From an uncultured Clostridia bacterium (lineage in GTDB: Bacteria > Bacillota > Clostridia > Oscillospirales > Acutalibacteraceae): a stretch of DNA of 64,000 nucleotides. Location of the stretch: contig CALAEV010000016.1 in NCBI GenBank assembly GCA_937892525.1, positions 7,889 through 71,888 on the forward strand, given 5' to 3'. Below, piece after piece: positions 8,913 to 19,447 of the stretch; within the stretch, counting starts at the first letter, position 1, and the number at the start of each line of letters is the position of its first letter. The position numbers and the translations under genes are program-made. Below the pieces are notes generated by a model that worked only from the letters and a program-made list of their open reading frames with translations, was not told where the DNA came from and ran no database searches.

Positions 8913-10178
8913 TTATTCCCTGATAAGCGTTGCATAAAAGAAACCGTCAGAACTATTTTCATTAGGAAACAATGTTACCATTCCCCCATTTTTGAAGTCT
9001 TTATGCTCTTCTAAAAATTTTCTGCAAACTTCTTCATTTTCTTTATTGCTTAAAGAACAGGTTGAATACATAATTACACCTTTTTCTTTCAAGTACAACG
9101 CAGAATTTTCTAAAATATTATATTGCAATTCACATAATTTGTCAACAAAGTCGAAATCCTTGTACTTTATTTCAGGTTTTCGTCTGATAACTCCAAGACC
9201 TGCACAAGGCACATCACAAAGTATTTTATCAGCTTTTGGTAAATTAGAATTATAAATTGATGCGTCACCTATTTGTGCATTTATTATATTGATACCAAGT
9301 CGTTTTGCCCCATCATTTATAAGTCTAATCTTGTGGTCATACAAATCAAATGAATAAATTTCACCTTGATTTTCCATAATCTGTGCTATTGTAAAGGATT
9401 TACCACCAGGAGCTGCACACATATCAAAAACAACATCATTTTTCTGTGGCGCAAAGTTTTCAATACAAGTCTGTGAAGCTATATCCTGCGCGTGAAAAAA
9501 GCCTTTTTTATATGCTTCAGTTTTGAAAACAGCTCCACCATCAACTACTTCAAGAGTTGCTCCATTACCAAGTGATTTTGCTGTTATACCTTCTTTTTTG
9601 AGAATATCAATTAACTCACAACTTGTAGTTTTAAGCGTATTTACTCTCAAATATACAGGCACTGCACCTATTGACGCCTTAAGTATGCTCTCTGCTTTTA
9701 TGTAGCCGTAATCATTCACAAAATGAGAAACTAAACTTTCAGGACAAGAATAAGCAATACTTAAATCATAAATTTTATTATCAGTTTCAGGTAATTTGAT
9801 TTCAGTTGTAGCAACTTTTCTTAAAACTGAATTTATAAGACCTGATGCAAATCCACATTTTACTTTTTTAGATAATTTAACGCTTTCATTTACAGCTGCA
9901 GACACAGGCACTTTATCCATATATTTAATCTGATAAGCGCCCATTCGCAGAATTGTAAGAACTTGTGGATTAAGTTTTTTAATTGGTTGTGTAAGTAATT
10001 TTGATAAATAATAATCAAGTGTTATTTTACGTTCAATTACACCATACACCAAAGCACAAACAAACGGTGCAGATGAAGCTTCATTCTGATTAAGAACAGA
10101 GTCAACTGCAATATTTGAATACGCTTTATCTCGTTCAATTTTACTTAAAATTTTATATGCTAAAAATCTATCATCCAT
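8913..10178 (-). CDS. rsmB: 16S rRNA m5C967 methyltransferase
   Basis: N-terminal NusB-like domain, SAM site DMCAAPGGK, and catalytic DVPCAGLG and YSTCS motifs. Confidence 0.9.
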   Translation of the reverse strand: MDDRFLAYKILSKIERDKAYSNIAVDSVLNQNEASSAPFVCALVYGVIERKITLDYYLSKLLTQPIKKLNPQVLTILRMGAYQIKYMDKVPVSAAVNESVKLSKKVKCGFASGLINSVLRKVATTEIKLPETDNKIYDLSIAYSCPESLVSHFVNDYGYIKAESILKASIGAVPVYLRVNTLKTTSCELIDILKKEGITAKSLGNGATLEVVDGGAVFKTEAYKKGFFHAQDIASQTCIENFAPQKNDVVFDMCAAPGGKSFTIAQIMENQGEIYSFDLYDHKIRLINDGAKRLGINIINAQIGDASIYNSNLPKADKILCDVPCAGLGVIRRKPEIKYKDFDFVDKLCELQYNILENSALYLKEKGVIMYSTCSLSNKENEEVCRKFLEEHKDFKNGGMVTLFPNENSSDGFFYATLIRE

Positions 10179-10181
10179 AAA

Positions 10182-10886
10182 TTACTTTCTTCTTCGATTA
10201 AACATCAATAATATTCTCAATAAGTTTGCAATACTTACTGCAAGGGCTGCAACATAAGTCATAGCAGCTGCTGTAAGCACTTTTTTAGCACCAACTTTTT
10301 CATTTTCACTTAAAATATCAGCATTGCTGATAACATCAAGTGCTCTTTTACTTGCATTAAATTCAACCGGTAAAGTAATTAACTGAAAAAGTACTGCAAA
10401 TGAGAAAAAAACAATACCTGCAACAGCAAGAACTTCAAAATTAAGGAAAAAACCTATAATCGCAAGTGGGATTCCTGCTTTTGAGCCAAGGTTTGCAGCC
10501 GGTAAAACCAAATTTCTGATTTTTATTGGTGCATAACTCTGGGCATATTGAGCTGCGTGACCAGCTTCGTGACAAGCAACACCTATTGCAGCAACAGATG
10601 TTGAATTATACACACTATCAGATAATCTGATTACATTTGTGCGTGGGTCATAATGGTCAGTAAGGTTACCATTTACACGTTCAATCTGTACATTTGTTAT
10701 ACCATAATGTCTTAAAACTTCAAAAGCAGCCTGAGCGCCTGTAAGATTTCGTGATGAAAATACCTGAGAGTACTTTTTAAACGATGAGTTTACTCTTGCA
10801 GATGCAATCATTGATAGAATAACAACAGGTACAACCAATATTAAATAATAGTAGTTTGAAAGATAATAATATGAGAAATAATCCAT
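10182..10886 (-). CDS. Membrane zinc metallopeptidase (Zn_peptidase_2-type, HExxH)
   Basis: HEAGHAAQY motif, N- and C-terminal TM segments, and the conserved clostridial position between fmt and rsmB. Confidence 0.8.
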   Translation of the reverse strand: MDYFSYYYLSNYYYLILVVPVVILSMIASARVNSSFKKYSQVFSSRNLTGAQAAFEVLRHYGITNVQIERVNGNLTDHYDPRTNVIRLSDSVYNSTSVAAIGVACHEAGHAAQYAQSYAPIKIRNLVLPAANLGSKAGIPLAIIGFFLNFEVLAVAGIVFFSFAVLFQLITLPVEFNASKRALDVISNADILSENEKVGAKKVLTAAAMTYVAALAVSIANLLRILLMFNRRRK

Positions 10887-10887
10887 A

Positions 10888-11814
10888 TTAACCTCCGATT
10901 ATTGTTCCTTTTTCGATTTTTCGACCTCTTAAGAAACTTGCTGTATCAGTTTTACGCTTACCCTCTGCCTGAATTTCAAGAATTTCAATACATTTACCGT
11001 CGCCACACATAACAACAAGTCTGTTATTATTATCTACAACTTCGCCAAAATCACCCTTAAAAGATTCAGTTAATATTTGGGACTTATGGATTTTGTAGTT
11101 TTTTCCGTCAATTTTTGTTGTAGCAACTGGCCAAGGTGACAATCCACGAATTTTATTATGAACTTCCTGAGATGATTTTGAAAAATCAATAGGACAAAGT
11201 TCTTTTGAAAGCATTGGAGCATAATTTGAGAACTCATCAATTTGCTTTTCAGGTTTAAGGTTATCAATATTATTGATTGTTTCAATTAACACTTCTGCAC
11301 CTATTACAGATAACGCATCGTGCAACTCACCTGCATTCATATTTTCGGTAATAAGAATACTTTTTTTAATAAGCATATCACCAGTATCAAGACCTACATC
11401 CATTTGCATAGATGTAACGCCTGTTTCTGTTTCACCATTTATAATGCTCCATTGAATTGGCGCTGCGCCACGAAGCTTTGGCAAAAGTGATGCATGAATA
11501 TTGATACAACCATATTTTACACTTTCAAGAATTTCTTTAGGTAAAATTTTACCAAATGCAACTACAATAATTAAATCTGCATTTAACGAGTTAATTATTT
11601 CTAGAGCTTCGCCATTTCTCATTGAAACCGGTTGAAATACAGGGATATTGTTTTCGATTGCGCACACTTTTACCGGTGGTGGTGTCATTTCATAACCTCT
11701 TCCTTTTGGCTTATCAGGTTGAGTAAATACACCAACAACTTCATTATTACTGTTTATAATTGCTTGTAAACAAGGAACTGAAAATTCTGGTGTTCCCATA
11801 AAAATTATACGCAT
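10888..11814 (-). CDS. fmt: Methionyl-tRNA formyltransferase
   Basis: Motifs MRIIFMGTPEF, QPDKPKGRG, NIHASLLPKLRGAAPI. Sits in the def-fmt pair. Confidence 0.92.
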   Translation of the reverse strand: MRIIFMGTPEFSVPCLQAIINSNNEVVGVFTQPDKPKGRGYEMTPPPVKVCAIENNIPVFQPVSMRNGEALEIINSLNADLIIVVAFGKILPKEILESVKYGCINIHASLLPKLRGAAPIQWSIINGETETGVTSMQMDVGLDTGDMLIKKSILITENMNAGELHDALSVIGAEVLIETINNIDNLKPEKQIDEFSNYAPMLSKELCPIDFSKSSQEVHNKIRGLSPWPVATTKIDGKNYKIHKSQILTESFKGDFGEVVDNNNRLVVMCGDGKCIEILEIQAEGKRKTDTASFLRGRKIEKGTIIGG

Positions 11815-11820
11815 TATTTA

Positions 11821-12297
11821 TCACTCACTTTTCTGGACATATTTGTCGATTTCTTCTTGTTTAGCAATTTTATCAACATATAAGATACCGTCAAGATGGT
11901 CAATTTCGTGGCAGAATGCTTTTGCTTTTAATCCACTACCTTTATACATACACCAGTTACCATCACGATTTTGAGCTTTAACTTTTACGGTCATAGGACG
12001 CATTGTATATGCTTGTTTTCCAGGCAATGAAAGACATCCCTCAACATCGCACTGAATACCATCAATTTCGATAATTTCAGGGTTAATAAGTTCCATTAAA
12101 CCTTCACCGATATCAATTACAACAACACGTCGTAACACGCCAACCTGTACAGCTGCAAGTCCAACACCATCAGCAGCATACATTGTTTCGGCCATATCAT
12201 CAAGAAGTTCAAAAAGTCTATCATCAAAATTCTCAACAACTCGGCTCTTTTTTCTTAAAATTGGGTCTTCTTCTGTTCTAATATTTCTTATAGCCAT
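11821..12297 (-). CDS. def: Peptide deformylase
   Basis: [15 protein letters not shown] and HEIDHLDG are the three PDF motifs. Confidence 0.92.
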   Translation of the reverse strand: MAIRNIRTEEDPILRKKSRVVENFDDRLFELLDDMAETMYAADGVGLAAVQVGVLRRVVVIDIGEGLMELINPEIIEIDGIQCDVEGCLSLPGKQAYTMRPMTVKVKAQNRDGNWCMYKGSGLKAKAFCHEIDHLDGILYVDKIAKQEEIDKYVQKSE

Positions 12298-12308
12298 TTT
12301 TCCTTCTC

Positions 12309-14759
12309 CTATATTAAACTTTCAGGATTTATATCAACATAAACACTTATATTGTTTTTATTTTTATCAAAATCTTTTAACAAATTGCTAATCATTTCAC
12401 GAAATCTTTTTTCATTTCTGCATTTTATAATTATTCTGTTTCTGAACTTACCACCAACTTTTGAAACTCTTGGTGCAACAGGCCCTAACACAATAATTTT
12501 AAGGTCAGAATACTGTTCAGTATGTATTCTTTTTAATGCATTAAGAAATTCATTGGCAGAAACATTTACTGAATAGTCTTTTTCACCAGAAAATCCTATT
12601 ACACATATATCACAAAACGGTGGATAAACCATTTGCTTTCGCATATTGATTTCAATATCGTAAAAAGAATCGTAATCTTGTTCTTTTGCAAGGCAAATAA
12701 TTTCACTATCTGAAAAAGCAGTTTGAATATATGCCTTACCCGGTGAATTACCACGACCACTTCTGCCAACGACCTGAGTAATCAAATCAAATGCTCTTTC
12801 ACCACTTTTATAATCATCATTAAAGAGCATCTGGTCAACACTTAGAACACCAACAAGAGTAACATTTTCAAAGTTAAGTCCTTTTGCAACCATCTGTGTA
12901 CCAACGAGAATATCATACTCACCTTTTCCAAAACTATTGAAGTTTTCTTCATAAGAATATCGTGAATTGGTAGTGTCGGTATCCATTCGCAAAATTTTGG
13001 CATCAGGAACAATAAGTTTTAACTCTTCTTCAAGTTTTTGAGTGCCAGCGCCAACAAATTTTAAAGAATCGTTACTACAATTACTGCATTTTTTGGTATA
13101 TGGAACTGAATAGCCGCAATAATGACACATAAGTCTTCCGTTTTTAATATGATATGTCATTGAAATACTACAATTAGGGCAAGTAGCAACAGTACCACAT
13201 TCAGTGCAAGATACATAAGTGTTATATCCACGACGATTAAGTAACAAGATACATTGTTTGCCATCAGCAATTGTTGATTTTATCTCGTCAGCAAGTTTTT
13301 TACTTACATTTTCAAGCACCATATCACTTTGATAGGTTGTGTCAATAGTTTCAACTACAGGTAAAATCGCGTTACCATATCGATTTTCAAGCTTGAATAA
13401 TGAATACGAACCGTTTTTTGCTTTAGTATATGTATCAATTGATGGCGTTGCAGATGACAACAACAATAATCCGTTATGACAGCCAATTCGGTAAGACGCA
13501 ACTTCACGTGCATGATATCGAGGTGTCATTTCTGACTTATATGTATGTTCTTGCTCTTCGTCAATAATAATCAAGCCAATTTTATCAAAAGGTGCAAACA
13601 CAGCGGAACGAGTGCCAACAACTATTTGTGCCTCACCACGCTTAATGCGTTTCCATTCGTCAAGACGTTGACCTAGTGATAACGCACTATGAAGTACTGC
13701 TACCTTACTTCCATATCGTTCATAGAATATAGAAAGCAACTGTGGTGTAAGAGAGATTTCAGGAATCATTACAATAATTCCTTTATCAGTTTTCAATGCT
13801 TTATCAATTAATTTAAGATAAACCTGTGTCTTTCCACTGCCTGTAACACCATAAAGCAAAGCACCTTTTGCCGTGTTCTCGTTATAAAGTGACAGCAAAC
13901 CTTCAAAAGCCCTGTTTTGCTCTTCTGATAAAACAATTTCATTACATTCAGGGTTATCGACATCACTGTACGGTGAACGATACACTTCGCTCTCAAAAAC
14001 TTCAACAATACCCTTAGTTTCAAGTGCTGAAATAACTGCAGAAGTAAAACCTGTAAAATAACAGATTTCTTTAACTGACGCCATTCCCACATCAGTTAAA
14101 ACTTTAATAACTTCCTTCTGTTTTGCAGTAATTTTACCAAATTCACTTGATTCGTCATTTATGTCAACTTTAAGACGCACCATTTTTACAGTAGCGTCAC
14201 CAGTTCTGCGTTGCGCATCAACATTACGCAACAACATACCCTTTGACACCATTGTATCAAGTATTTCATCAATTTTTGTTAACGAACAGGATTTTGATAC
14301 AGTTTCACTTTTAACATAACTGTTTTTATCTTTTAAATAGTCAAAAACAATTTTTTCTTTATCATCTGTAATTTTACCCTTAAAATCACTGTTAACGGCA
14401 TACAGAACGCTTACAGACATAGAAAAGCCTAATGGTAAAAACATTTTGCACGCTTCAAAATATGTGCAAAAGCATCTTTCACGAACAAAGTTTGCAGTTT
14501 TAAGCATTTCGTATGTAAGTAAAGGTTCATCATCGAGAACACTATCAATTTTTTTCAATCTTTTTTCAGTTTTTTCAACTGTATTAACTGAAAAAACGAT
14601 ACCAACTCGTTTTTTTGAGGAAGTACCAAAAGGCACCAAAACACGCATACCTGCACTAAGTTCTGAACATAAAGAATCGGGAACAGAATAGTCGAATAAC
14701 ATATCAAAGGAATAAGCTGTGTTTTCAACAGCAACCTTTGCAATCGTTAAATCTTTCAT
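12309..14759 (-). CDS. priA: Primosomal replication restart helicase PriA
   Basis: Walker [13 protein letters not shown] box, and the Cys-rich Zn region [20 protein letters not shown]...CHYCG. Confidence 0.92.
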   Translation of the reverse strand: MKDLTIAKVAVENTAYSFDMLFDYSVPDSLCSELSAGMRVLVPFGTSSKKRVGIVFSVNTVEKTEKRLKKIDSVLDDEPLLTYEMLKTANFVRERCFCTYFEACKMFLPLGFSMSVSVLYAVNSDFKGKITDDKEKIVFDYLKDKNSYVKSETVSKSCSLTKIDEILDTMVSKGMLLRNVDAQRRTGDATVKMVRLKVDINDESSEFGKITAKQKEVIKVLTDVGMASVKEICYFTGFTSAVISALETKGIVEVFESEVYRSPYSDVDNPECNEIVLSEEQNRAFEGLLSLYNENTAKGALLYGVTGSGKTQVYLKLIDKALKTDKGIIVMIPEISLTPQLLSIFYERYGSKVAVLHSALSLGQRLDEWKRIKRGEAQIVVGTRSAVFAPFDKIGLIIIDEEQEHTYKSEMTPRYHAREVASYRIGCHNGLLLLSSATPSIDTYTKAKNGSYSLFKLENRYGNAILPVVETIDTTYQSDMVLENVSKKLADEIKSTIADGKQCILLLNRRGYNTYVSCTECGTVATCPNCSISMTYHIKNGRLMCHYCGYSVPYTKKCSNCSNDSLKFVGAGTQKLEEELKLIVPDAKILRMDTDTTNSRYSYEENFNSFGKGEYDILVGTQMVAKGLNFENVTLVGVLSVDQMLFNDDYKSGERAFDLITQVVGRSGRGNSPGKAYIQTAFSDSEIICLAKEQDYDSFYDIEINMRKQMVYPPFCDICVIGFSGEKDYSVNVSANEFLNALKRIHTEQYSDLKIIVLGPVAPRVSKVGGKFRNRIIIKCRNEKRFREMISNLLKDFDKNKNNISVYVDINPESLI

Positions 14760-14795
14760 AATCTGCCCCCTCTGCTAAAAAATATTAAATTATAA

Positions 14796-15005
14796 TTATA
14801 TATTTCTTATTTCTTCTGGCTCTACAACCTCATATTTGCCGTTGATAATTTCGTCAAGTGCAAGGCTAACTGGCTTTTCCTCAAGAATTTCGCCATTTTC
14901 CTGTGCGTCACCTGCAATTTCTCTTGCGCGTTTTGCAACTGCAGTAACAAGAGAGTAACGACTTGTTTTGTTTTTGAGTACATTTCTTAAATCTGGATTA
15001 AACAT
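14796..15005 (-). CDS. rpoZ: RNA polymerase omega subunit
   Basis: 69 aa with SRYSLVTAVAKRAREI, downstream of gmk as usual. Confidence 0.85.
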   Translation of the reverse strand: MFNPDLRNVLKNKTSRYSLVTAVAKRAREIAGDAQENGEILEEKPVSLALDEIINGKYEVVEPEEIRNI

Positions 15006-15016
15006 TATTTATTACC

Positions 15017-15583
15017 TCACTTATATAATTTATGTAAAATATCTAAAACATTTTCAGATGCTTTTTCTAAATCATCGTTGACTACTAAATAGTCATAGTC
15101 TTTGCTATGTCCGATTTCTTCATTTGCGATTTCAAGACGCTTTTTTATATCAGACTCATCTTCAGTTCCTCTTGAACGAAGTCTTTGCTCAAGCTCCTCC
15201 ATTGATGGCGGCATAATAAAAATACCAACTGATTCAGGATAAAGCTTTTTAATATTACTTGCACCCTGAACTTCAATTTTCAAAATAACGGTTTTACCTT
15301 CACTAAGCCATTTATCAACAGGTGCTTTAGGTGTACCATAAAGATTTGCTCCATACTTAGCAAACTCAAGCACCTCATGATTTTCAATCATTTTTTCAAA
15401 TTCAGGTACTGAAATAAAATAATAATCTTTACCATTAATTTCGTTTTCACGAATACCACGAGTAGTACATGAAACAGATTTTTGAAGTGATGAATCTTTT
15501 GCAAGTACAATTTCTAAAACTGTATCTTTACCAACACCGGACGGCCCTGAAAACAAAACAAGAGTGCCTTTATTATTCTCCAT
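15017..15583 (-). CDS. gmk: Guanylate kinase
   Basis: Motifs GPSGVGKDT and TTRGIRENEINGKDYYF. I chose the ATG at 15583 (MENNKGTL); it overlaps the remA stop by 11 nt. Confidence 0.9.
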   Translation of the reverse strand: MENNKGTLVLFSGPSGVGKDTVLEIVLAKDSSLQKSVSCTTRGIRENEINGKDYYFISVPEFEKMIENHEVLEFAKYGANLYGTPKAPVDKWLSEGKTVILKIEVQGASNIKKLYPESVGIFIMPPSMEELEQRLRSRGTEDESDIKKRLEIANEEIGHSKDYDYLVVNDDLEKASENVLDILHKLYK

Positions 15584-15833
15584 AAGTAGCGCCCTCCTCA
15601 ACAGTTTCTGTACGGCTTAAAATTGTTTCTGCCTTAAGGTAAGTGGCTACAATATGGTCACTGTCCATTATAAGAACTGCATGTGTTTTTCTGCCCTGAG
15701 TAGCATCAATAAGCATATGATTTTCTTTTGCTTGTGCAATTATTCTTTTTACAGGTGCAGAATCAGTTGAAACAACTGCAATAACTCTGTCAGCATTAAC
15801 TGCATTACCGAATCCAATATTTATAAGTTTCAT
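15573..15833 (-). CDS. remA: RemA/DUF370 extracellular-matrix regulator family protein
   Basis: MKLINIGFGNAVNADRVIAVVSTDSAPVKRII...GRKT is the conserved RemA (YlzA) signature. Confidence 0.85.
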   Translation of the reverse strand: MKLINIGFGNAVNADRVIAVVSTDSAPVKRIIAQAKENHMLIDATQGRKTHAVLIMDSDHIVATYLKAETILSRTETVEEGATYGE

Positions 15834-15841
15834 ATGCTACC

Positions 15842-16726
15842 TCATTCAATATTTTGAATCTGCTCACGAATTTTTTCAATTTCAGCTTTAATGTCAATTA
15901 CATTACGAGCAATAGTAACATCCTGAGCTTTTGAGCCGATTGTATTTGCTTCTCTGTTCATTTCTTGAACGAGGAAATCGATTTTTCTGCCGATTGCTTC
16001 ATCACTATCCATAAAGAGTCTTAACTGGTCAATATGACTGCGAAGTCTTACAGTTTCTTCAGCAACTGCAACTTTATCTGCAAAAATAGCACATTCTGTA
16101 AGGAGGCGCTGTTCATCAACCTGAACATCTGATAAAAACTCGTTAATTCTTGCAAGAAGTTTATCGTTATATTCTTTAACTGTTTCAGGTGAACGTTCTT
16201 CAATTACTGCAACTTTTTTAAGGATTTCATCTGCACGGAACAAAATATCTGCTTTAAGTTTTTCGCCCTCAGCCTCACGCATAGAAACAAACTTTGAAAC
16301 TGCTTCTTCTGTAACAGTTTTAACAGCATTCCAGATTTTTTCTTCATCTGCTTCTTGCTTATGCACTGCAAAAATATCATTGTTTCGTGCAAGTGTTGAA
16401 AGAACTAAATCATCACGAAGAGCTAAATCATTTCTGTCTGCAAGTTCATTTAATGCTTTAATATATGAATCGGCAAGAGAATGATTTACAAGGATTTCAA
16501 CCTCACCGTCTTCAAGATTTTCAACTGAAACATAGCACTCAACTTTACCACGAGAAACAAGTGAACCTACAAAACTCTTTAATTTTTCATCAAGAAATCC
16601 ATAGTTTCTTGGTACGCGCGAGTTAAACTCGAAATAACGATGATTAACACTTCTAAGTTCAACTGTGATGCTCATTGTGTCAATCGTCATTTGCGCACGA
16701 CCATAACCAGTCATACTTCTAATCAT
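15842..16726 (-). CDS. yicC: YicC/YloC-family stress-induced protein (endoribonuclease family)
   Basis: MIRSMTGYGRA at the N-terminus and EMNREANTIGSKA near the C-terminus. GGAGTG lies 6 nt before ATG 16726; the track begins at a GTG inside that Shine-Dalgarno. Confidence 0.85.
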   Translation of the reverse strand: MIRSMTGYGRAQMTIDTMSITVELRSVNHRYFEFNSRVPRNYGFLDEKLKSFVGSLVSRGKVECYVSVENLEDGEVEILVNHSLADSYIKALNELADRNDLALRDDLVLSTLARNNDIFAVHKQEADEEKIWNAVKTVTEEAVSKFVSMREAEGEKLKADILFRADEILKKVAVIEERSPETVKEYNDKLLARINEFLSDVQVDEQRLLTECAIFADKVAVAEETVRLRSHIDQLRLFMDSDEAIGRKIDFLVQEMNREANTIGSKAQDVTIARNVIDIKAEIEKIREQIQNIE

Positions 16727-16741
16727 ATATATCACTCCATA

Positions 16742-17113
16742 TTATTTACAGCAACTTCCCTTTAACAAAGTCGGAATATCTCCACTGTAGACTCCATTAT
16801 TATTTTCAAATCCAAGATATTTGAGAACATCACTGATTACATCAATTTCACAATGTGCCATATAGGCATTTCTGTTAGCACAAAAATTAAGCGCTGCACG
16901 AAGAAAACCTTCAACAAGAAGCTTGTCCGAATAATCGCAATCAAGTTTATGAATGTAACAATTATAATCAACAACACTCATAAGACATTTGCCAACCGGA
17001 TTTTTTTCTTCATCAAGTCCTATATAAGCACCATAAAGGCTATCTGTAAATTGAAATTCAGGGAATTCATTTTTTAATGTATCAATATCTGTTATAGGTT
17101 TATAAAAAATCAT
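16742..17113 (-). CDS. Hypothetical 123-aa protein, Cys-rich C-terminus (..LLKGSCCK)
   Basis: ORF packed tightly between rluB (2-nt gap) and yicC (15 nt to the trimmed yicC start at 16726). I recognise no motif. There is a vague GNAT-like beta-alpha pattern but no Q/RxxGxG/A. Confidence 0.5.
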   Translation of the reverse strand: MIFYKPITDIDTLKNEFPEFQFTDSLYGAYIGLDEEKNPVGKCLMSVVDYNCYIHKLDCDYSDKLLVEGFLRAALNFCANRNAYMAHCEIDVISDVLKYLGFENNNGVYSGDIPTLLKGSCCK

Positions 17114-17115
17114 TA

Positions 17116-17859
17116 TTACTTACTCTTTCTATCAAGTGATGCTGCAACCGTAAGCTTATGCACTTCTTCTTCAGTGAGATTACGCCAGTCACCTTGTTTA
17201 AGCATACCAAGTTTAACCGAACCAATCTGAGTACGCTTAAGACGAGCAACTTCAAGTCCTAATGCTTCACACATTTTCCTAATTTGACGGTTTCTGCCCT
17301 CATAAATGATTATTTCAAGGACTACTCTACCCTCTTTTTTCTCAATAACGCGTACTTCTGAAGGCATCGTCATTCTGCCGTCAATTTCAATTCCGGTTGT
17401 AAGTTTTGTAATCTGTTCTTCATTGATAGACGGACGAACAGTAACTCTATATGTTTTTGGAACATGATGTGTAGGATGAGTAAGAGCATTTGCAAACTCG
17501 CCATCATCAGTTAAAAGCAACAATCCTTCAGAATCACGGTCAAGTCTGCCAACAGGATAAACTCGAGTGCCAACATCCTCAACAAGTTGTGCAACACATT
17601 TTCTACCCATTTCATCACTTAATGTTGTAATGAATCCACGAGGTTTATGAAGCATAATATATGTGTTCTTTTTACTTCTAACAATTTTTTTACCAGCAAC
17701 AACAACTGTGTCACGCTTTGGGTCAACTTTATCACCAATAGACGCAGGTTTACCGTTAACCTTAACCTTACCAGCCAAAATCAATTCTTCTGCTTTTCTT
17801 CGTGAAGCAACACCACACTCAGAAATATATTTCTGAAGTCGGATTTTATTATCTGCCAT
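17116..17859 (-). CDS. rluB: 23S rRNA pseudouridine synthase (RsuA/RluB family, S4 domain)
   Basis: N-terminal S4 motif (RLQKYISECGVASRRKAEELI) and catalytic GRLDRDSEGLLLLT. Confidence 0.88.
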   Translation of the reverse strand: MADNKIRLQKYISECGVASRRKAEELILAGKVKVNGKPASIGDKVDPKRDTVVVAGKKIVRSKKNTYIMLHKPRGFITTLSDEMGRKCVAQLVEDVGTRVYPVGRLDRDSEGLLLLTDDGEFANALTHPTHHVPKTYRVTVRPSINEEQITKLTTGIEIDGRMTMPSEVRVIEKKEGRVVLEIIIYEGRNRQIRKMCEALGLEVARLKRTQIGSVKLGMLKQGDWRNLTEEEVHKLTVAASLDRKSK

Positions 17860-17875
17860 AATTCACCTAAAACCT

Positions 17876-18952
17876 TTAATTTTTGCTAATTATTTCAACA
17901 GTTTCTGCTGCACAAATGGGCACTTCGGAAATTATTATATTGTTATGATAAAACTCAATTTTACCCACAACATCGCCCTTATATACCGGTGCATACTCAA
18001 ACTGTTTAATGTATATTCTATCAATATACTCGATATTTTTTACTGTTGTATATTCTGGAACAGTCAACATTTCTATATCTATATTACTCTTTGTACCACC
18101 AACGACTTTTAACTTGATGTCACTAAAATCTTCTATTAATTCATAGGAATTTACCTTTTCAAAGGCATAATCGTACATTTTAATATGGTCATTCCAATCA
18201 TCAGGCGCATTAAGTGTAACTGCAACCAATGTTTTGCCATCTTTACATACAGCAGATACTAAACATCTGCCACTTTTTTTAGTAAAACCTGTTTTTATAC
18301 CAAAAGCACCATCATATAGGTCCAAAAGTTTATTGTGATTAGTAAAAACACGTCTGTATGGCGGATTACCATAATACACTACATCACTTTCATCTTCACA
18401 AATGCTACGAAACTCAGGATTTTTGATGGCATAAGCACCAAGTACAGCCATATCGAATGCAGTTGAATAGTGATTTTCTCCATCAAGACCTGACGGAGTT
18501 TCAAAAGAAGTTGAGTACATTCCAATTTCTTTTGCTTTATCATTCATCATTTCTACAAATACAGATATATTACCACCTATAATATGTGCAACAGCATTAG
18601 CAGCATCATTACCAGACTCCAAAAGCATGCCTTTAACAAGAGTTTTTAAAGATATCTTGTCACCATCAAGAAGTCCAATTGAACTACCTTCAACAGCAAT
18701 CATATCAGTTGTTACTTTCTGCATTTCGTCAACTGCACCATATTCAAGTGCTAAAACTGACGACATTATTTTTGTTGTACTTGCCATAGGTAGTTGCTCA
18801 TTCATATTTTTTGAATAAATAACCTCACAAGTATCAGCAGAAATTACAACAGCAGATTTAGCCGAAATCTTTAAAGAATCTTCGGCAAATACATAAGTGC
18901 TAAATGTAAACAACAAAACAAAAGCAAGAAATACAGATATTATTTTTTTCAT
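17876..18952 (-). CDS. dacB: D-alanyl-D-alanine carboxypeptidase (S11 penicillin-binding protein)
   Basis: SxxK (ASTTKIM), SGN (ESGNDAA) and KTG (IKTGFT) motifs plus a signal peptide. Neighbours are scpA-scpB...dacB...rluB, as in Bacillus subtilis. I chose ATG 18952 (MKKIISV) with GGTGA 6 nt upstream. Confidence 0.8.
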   Translation of the reverse strand: MKKIISVFLAFVLLFTFSTYVFAEDSLKISAKSAVVISADTCEVIYSKNMNEQLPMASTTKIMSSVLALEYGAVDEMQKVTTDMIAVEGSSIGLLDGDKISLKTLVKGMLLESGNDAANAVAHIIGGNISVFVEMMNDKAKEIGMYSTSFETPSGLDGENHYSTAFDMAVLGAYAIKNPEFRSICEDESDVVYYGNPPYRRVFTNHNKLLDLYDGAFGIKTGFTKKSGRCLVSAVCKDGKTLVAVTLNAPDDWNDHIKMYDYAFEKVNSYELIEDFSDIKLKVVGGTKSNIDIEMLTVPEYTTVKNIEYIDRIYIKQFEYAPVYKGDVVGKIEFYHNNIIISEVPICAAETVEIISKN

Positions 18953-18959
18953 AATCAAT

Positions 18960-18986
18960 CACCAAAACAGTATATGTGTTTTGGTG
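18960..18986 (-). promoter_or_regulatory. Perfect 10-bp hairpin that contains the dacB Shine-Dalgarno
   Basis: CACCAAAACA-gtatatg-TGTTTTGGTG. On the minus-strand RNA the 3' arm (UGUUUUGGUG) carries the GGUGA Shine-Dalgarno, 6 nt before the dacB AUG. No T-run follows, so it is not a classical terminator. Confidence 0.4.
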
Positions 18987-19000
18987 ATTAATAAGAATAA

Positions 19001-19447
19001 TTATTCAGCTACTGTTTCTTCAGTTTTTTCTTCTTCAACACCTGCTACTGCTACATTTAAAGCTTTATCCATTTTTGCTTTATTAACAGCGTTTGAAACT
19101 TTATCAAACATTTCAGGTACAAGGCCAACAATGCGCTCTGCAGCGTTATCAAAAGCAGTGATATGTTTAATATCAACATTACCGTAAGCGTCAATAACAA
19201 GGAATGCGATAGGCATAATTGTAACGCCAGCTCCACCGCCACCACCAAAAATATCTTGATTTGATTTTGATGGGAAGTCTGAACCACCTGAAGCAAAACC
19301 ATAAGTTACTTTTGAAACAGGGATAATTGTAACGCCACCTTCAACTTTCATTGGTTCGCCAATGATTGTGCTGACATTAACAAGGTCCTTAACCTTTTCA
19401 ATTGTAGTTTCAAGAATTCCTGCTGCTGATGATTTTTCTTTCATCAT
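19001..19447 (-). CDS. ytfJ: Sporulation protein YtfJ/GerW
   Basis: Motifs VSTIIGEPM and TIIPVSKVTYGFASGGSDF, then a G-rich stretch, typical of YtfJ. The ATGA overlaps the ytfI stop. Confidence 0.85.
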   Translation of the reverse strand: MMKEKSSAAGILETTIEKVKDLVNVSTIIGEPMKVEGGVTIIPVSKVTYGFASGGSDFPSKSNQDIFGGGGGAGVTIMPIAFLVIDAYGNVDIKHITAFDNAAERIVGLVPEMFDKVSNAVNKAKMDKALNVAVAGVEEEKTEETVAE

